NCBI GenBank assembly: GCA_963724295.1
Contig: CAVRUC010000002.1
Coordinates: 64,001-128,000 of the forward strand
Reading direction: 5' to 3'
DNA length: 64,000 bases
Source: an uncultured Chloroflexia bacterium
Lineage (GTDB): Bacteria > Chloroflexota > Chloroflexia > Thermomicrobiales > UBA6265
Every line of letters begins with the position of its first letter. Position 1 is the stretch's first letter. Below are positions 61,234-64,000 of the stretch, piece by piece. The notes beneath the pieces are model-generated. The model was given only the letters and a program-made list of their open reading frames with translations, did no database searches and was not told the DNA's origin. The position numbers and the translations under genes are program-made.

Positions 61234-62355
61234 ATGACTGCAACCGCGATCGCTGTGCAGCCGGCCATCGCCATCCATCCCGGTCAGGCCAACAGTCTGC
61301 ATCTCACCGAGATCCCGCGGGATGAGCCCGGTCCGGGCGAGGTACTGATACGTGTGCGGCAGGTCGGGATCTGCGGCACCGACCGCGAGCTGATCCACGG
61401 CTCGTTCGGCTCGGCGCCGGCCGGCGCAACATCGCTCGTGCTCGGTCACGAGTTGCTCGGCAAAGTGGAAGTCGTTGGCCCGGAGGTTTTCGACTTCACT
61501 CCCGGTCAACTCGTCACCGCCACCGTCCGCCGCCCGGACGGCTGCCCGGCCTGCATGGCAGGTCAGCCCGATATGTGCCAGTGGCTCGACTACACGGAGC
61601 GGGGCATCGCCGGGTTGCACGGATTCATGAGCGAGTCGGTGGTGGAGGACATCCGCTGGGTCGTCGCCGTGCCGCACGAGTTAGCGCACATCGGCGTTCT
61701 CGTCGAGCCGCTCTCGGTCGGCGAGAAAGCGCTGCGCCAGGCGAACCTCATCCAGCGCCGCCTCGCGTCCTGGGACCCAAAGACCGCGTTGATCCTGGGC
61801 GCCGGTCCCATCGGGCTGCTCGGCACGCTGCTCCTGCGCTCGCGCGGCATGGAGGTCGTGACCATGGCCCGACGCCCGGGACCGCATCTGACCTCGGAAA
61901 TTGTGGAATCCGCTGGCGCTCGCTATGTCGCGATGCAGGAGACCAGCATCCGCGAGGTCGCGGCAGGGATGCCCTCGATCGACCTCATCTTCGAGGCTAC
62001 GGGGAGCGCGGAACCGGGATTCGCGGCGATGGAGATCCTCGGCAACAACGGCGTGCTCGTCCTCCTTTCCGGTGCCTCGAGCCCGACCGAGTTGACCGTG
62101 CCGGCGGCGGCAATCAACGGCAGTCTGCTGCGCGGCAACAAAGTGGTGGCCGGCAGCGTCAACTCGGCGCGCGAGGATTTCGAGGCTGGCGTCGAAGACT
62201 TGAGTCGCTTTGAAACGCACTGGCCGGGGTTGACGAGTCGCCTCATCACCCGCCATCTCGATGGCCTTGACGACTACGCGCGGATCCTCGACAGGCCGGA
62301 GGGCGATATCAAGACGGTCATCGACGTTGACGAGGGATTTCGAGTGGCGGGGTGA
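61234..62355 (+). CDS. Glucose 1-dehydrogenase-like zinc MDR enzyme
   Basis: GICGTDRE, LGHE, TVRRPDGCPAC, ERGIAGLHGFM, GAGPIG and GSVNS. Confidence 0.85.
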   Translation: MTATAIAVQPAIAIHPGQANSLHLTEIPRDEPGPGEVLIRVRQVGICGTDRELIHGSFGSAPAGATSLVLGHELLGKVEVVGPEVFDFTPGQLVTATVRRPDGCPACMAGQPDMCQWLDYTERGIAGLHGFMSESVVEDIRWVVAVPHELAHIGVLVEPLSVGEKALRQANLIQRRLASWDPKTALILGAGPIGLLGTLLLRSRGMEVVTMARRPGPHLTSEIVESAGARYVAMQETSIREVAAGMPSIDLIFEATGSAEPGFAAMEILGNNGVLVLLSGASSPTELTVPAAAINGSLLRGNKVVAGSVNSAREDFEAGVEDLSRFETHWPGLTSRLITRHLDGLDDYARILDRPEGDIKTVIDVDEGFRVAG

Positions 62356-62492
62356 ACGGGGGTGCCTCATGGGTGGCGGGGTCGCAGGGTGAACGATGGC
62401 CGACGCCCTCTCCCCGCACACCGTGAGCGCTGCGAACCATCACCCTATCACCACGAGCGGAGCGAGTAATCAGCACCTACACCCATCACCCG
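62345..62492. repeat. Composite palindromic element between convergent genes
   Basis: gggtggcg/gggtcgca units; inverted catcaccc units; gagcgctgcga and gagcggagcgagtaatca modules. Confidence 0.8.
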
Positions 62493-62926
62493 AGATGAAC
62501 AACCTCGACATCTGACCACGCCCGGGCCAGGCGTTCGGCGACGAGACGGCGGTGGCAGCGCTCCGGAGTGGGCTCGCTGCAGAGCAGGCAGCTCACGCGC
62601 TCCGCGAACAGGGTCCGATCGAGGGCGTCGGGGATACCCCGGTCGTCCATCAGGGCCTCGAAGCGCGGGACGTACCGTTCCCAGTCATGGTCTTTACGAT
62701 AGGCATCGCGAATCTCATCAGACGGGGCCAATTGCGGGAGATGGACGTAACCGGCGCCGTTGAGGCGCTTCAGAAACCAGGCCAGGTCGTCCTGCTTGGC
62801 GAACCCCGAGAGCTGCCCGCCGGGCTTGAGGCGGATGTCAACGACCTGCTCCACCCCATGCTCGGCGAGAAGTCCAAAGAAACGCTCGGCCGACTTCTGG
62901 GTGAACCCGATGGTGTAGAGCTTCAT
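62486..62926 (-). CDS. DUF488 family protein
   Basis: MKLYTIGF, VVDIRL and CLLCSEPTPERCHRRLVAE. Confidence 0.9.
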   Translation of the reverse strand: MKLYTIGFTQKSAERFFGLLAEHGVEQVVDIRLKPGGQLSGFAKQDDLAWFLKRLNGAGYVHLPQLAPSDEIRDAYRKDHDWERYVPRFEALMDDRGIPDALDRTLFAERVSCLLCSEPTPERCHRRLVAERLARAWSDVEVVHLG

Positions 62927-63065
62927 GGCGTGAGTCGAGAAGTCGAGGTGTCGGGAAGTCGAGGAGAAGATGGCACGTTGGTCAGACGGCAAGCCGGAGA
63001 AAATACCAATTGCTGATATGTCGTCACCGTGTCACGACAGCACCCTAACATCCCATCACCTTTGT

Positions 63066-63509
63066 CTATTCGTCCTCTGCCTCGACGATGGCGGCGATGA
63101 TCTCCTCTGGCGGTGGGGCGCCGGCGGCGCGATAGATGATGCGGCCGTCTTTGCCGACGACGACCACGGTCCGGCTGATACTTGTCCCTTCCGGCTTCAG
63201 CGCGTCATAGGCGCGCGCCACCTGCAGTCCTTCGTCGATCAGGAGATCGAAGGGCAGCTCCTGCTCCTCGATGAATGCCAGGTGACTGGCCGCGTCCGCC
63301 TGATTGACTCCGTAGGGCTCGGTGTCGATGGCTCGAAACGCGTCGACGGCGCCGCGCACGGCGGCGAGCTGGTTCGTTCAGCCTGCCGTGCGATCGGCCG
63401 GGTAAAAGAAGAGTGCCGCACGCCCTCTGCCGCGCAGCTCGGCCAGATCGAGTCCCGGACCTATCGTTCCCGGTAGTGAGAATGTGGGGGCCGCGTCGCC
63501 GACGTTCAT
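63066..63509 (-). CDS. Peroxiredoxin (BCP/AhpC-TSA family), probable selenoprotein with in-frame UGA at 63378-63380
   Basis: VGDAAPTFSL..FFYPADRTAG-[TGA]-TNQL..HLAFIEEQELPFDLLID..RTVVVVGKDGRI in one frame; AAGGAG RBS. Confidence 0.85.
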
Positions 63510-63922
63510 CGCCGCTCCTTCGTTAAATTCGTCCCGAGTCATACACCGGCCGATGCACGCTTGATGCCAGTCTAGCGTCCAGATCAGTTCCTGCGTGGGA
63601 TCGTGGCTTGGGCGACGGGGCGTCTTTTTTGAGGCGCGACCACGTTTCATGGGTGAGCGATTCACGTGCGCACGGACGGGCTCTACTTCATCGCTCATCG
63701 GTCACGTGAGCCGGCGCTCCCTCATGTCGACTGTGGATGATTTCCTCGGGATAAGGGCCTGCAGGCGCCCGCCGGCTCGTTGTCAACGTGACGCGAGCTC
63801 AGCCCGCTTGACCCTAAACGCGGTCTCGGCTAGCGTTCCGGGGTCGTCCCGACAGGCGTTTCCGCGCTGATCCGCGTGCCCCGCGCCGCGCGAAAGAGCA
63901 GACAGGCAGCGAGGGCCGCACG

Positions 63923-64000
63923 ATGATCCTCTCCGATCGTGATATCCGCCGAGCGCTTGAGCAAGGGCGTATCCGCATCGACCCGATGCCGGATCTGGAG
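63923..64000 (+). CDS. dcd: dCTP deaminase, 5' end (runs off window)
   Basis: MILSDRDIRRALEQGRIRIDP. Confidence 0.8.
   Translation, partial: MILSDRDIRRALEQGRIRIDPMPDLE

Overview
High-GC bacterial chromosomal window. Gene content and style suggest Chloroflexota/Thermomicrobiales (inference). Many genes carry single-base frameshifts, often in homopolymers, consistent with long-read consensus errors. Contents: the nusA-ylxR-infB-rbfA-DHH-truB operon, uppP, a degraded Fic gene, ggt, a PAS/GAF/GGDEF/EAL protein, a fused AccD-AccA, homoserine dehydrogenase, methyltransferases, an ArsC-like/ChrA pair beside a sulfate ABC operon, cyanophycin genes cphB/cphA split by an AbrB-RelE toxin-antitoxin pair, a second CphA-like protein lacking the ATP-grasp domain, a sugar ABC operon, a Cys-free Rrf2 regulator, parB, rpsU and the start of dcd. 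Most notable observations: (1) two tandem candidate sRNAs with C-rich, anti-Shine-Dalgarno-like loops, each with its own sigma70 promoter and a GTCTAC-N7-GTAGAC operator shared with the sulfate ABC operon; (2) a dispersed family of tandem-repeat palindromic elements that brackets a four-helix-bundle gene and appears to be translated in frame in housekeeping genes; (3) a GIY-YIG nuclease gene inside perfect 32-bp REP-like inverted repeats; (4) a peroxiredoxin with in-frame UGA at the catalytic position plus a SECIS-like hairpin; (5) an orphan ~95-nt structured RNA with a near-consensus promoter.
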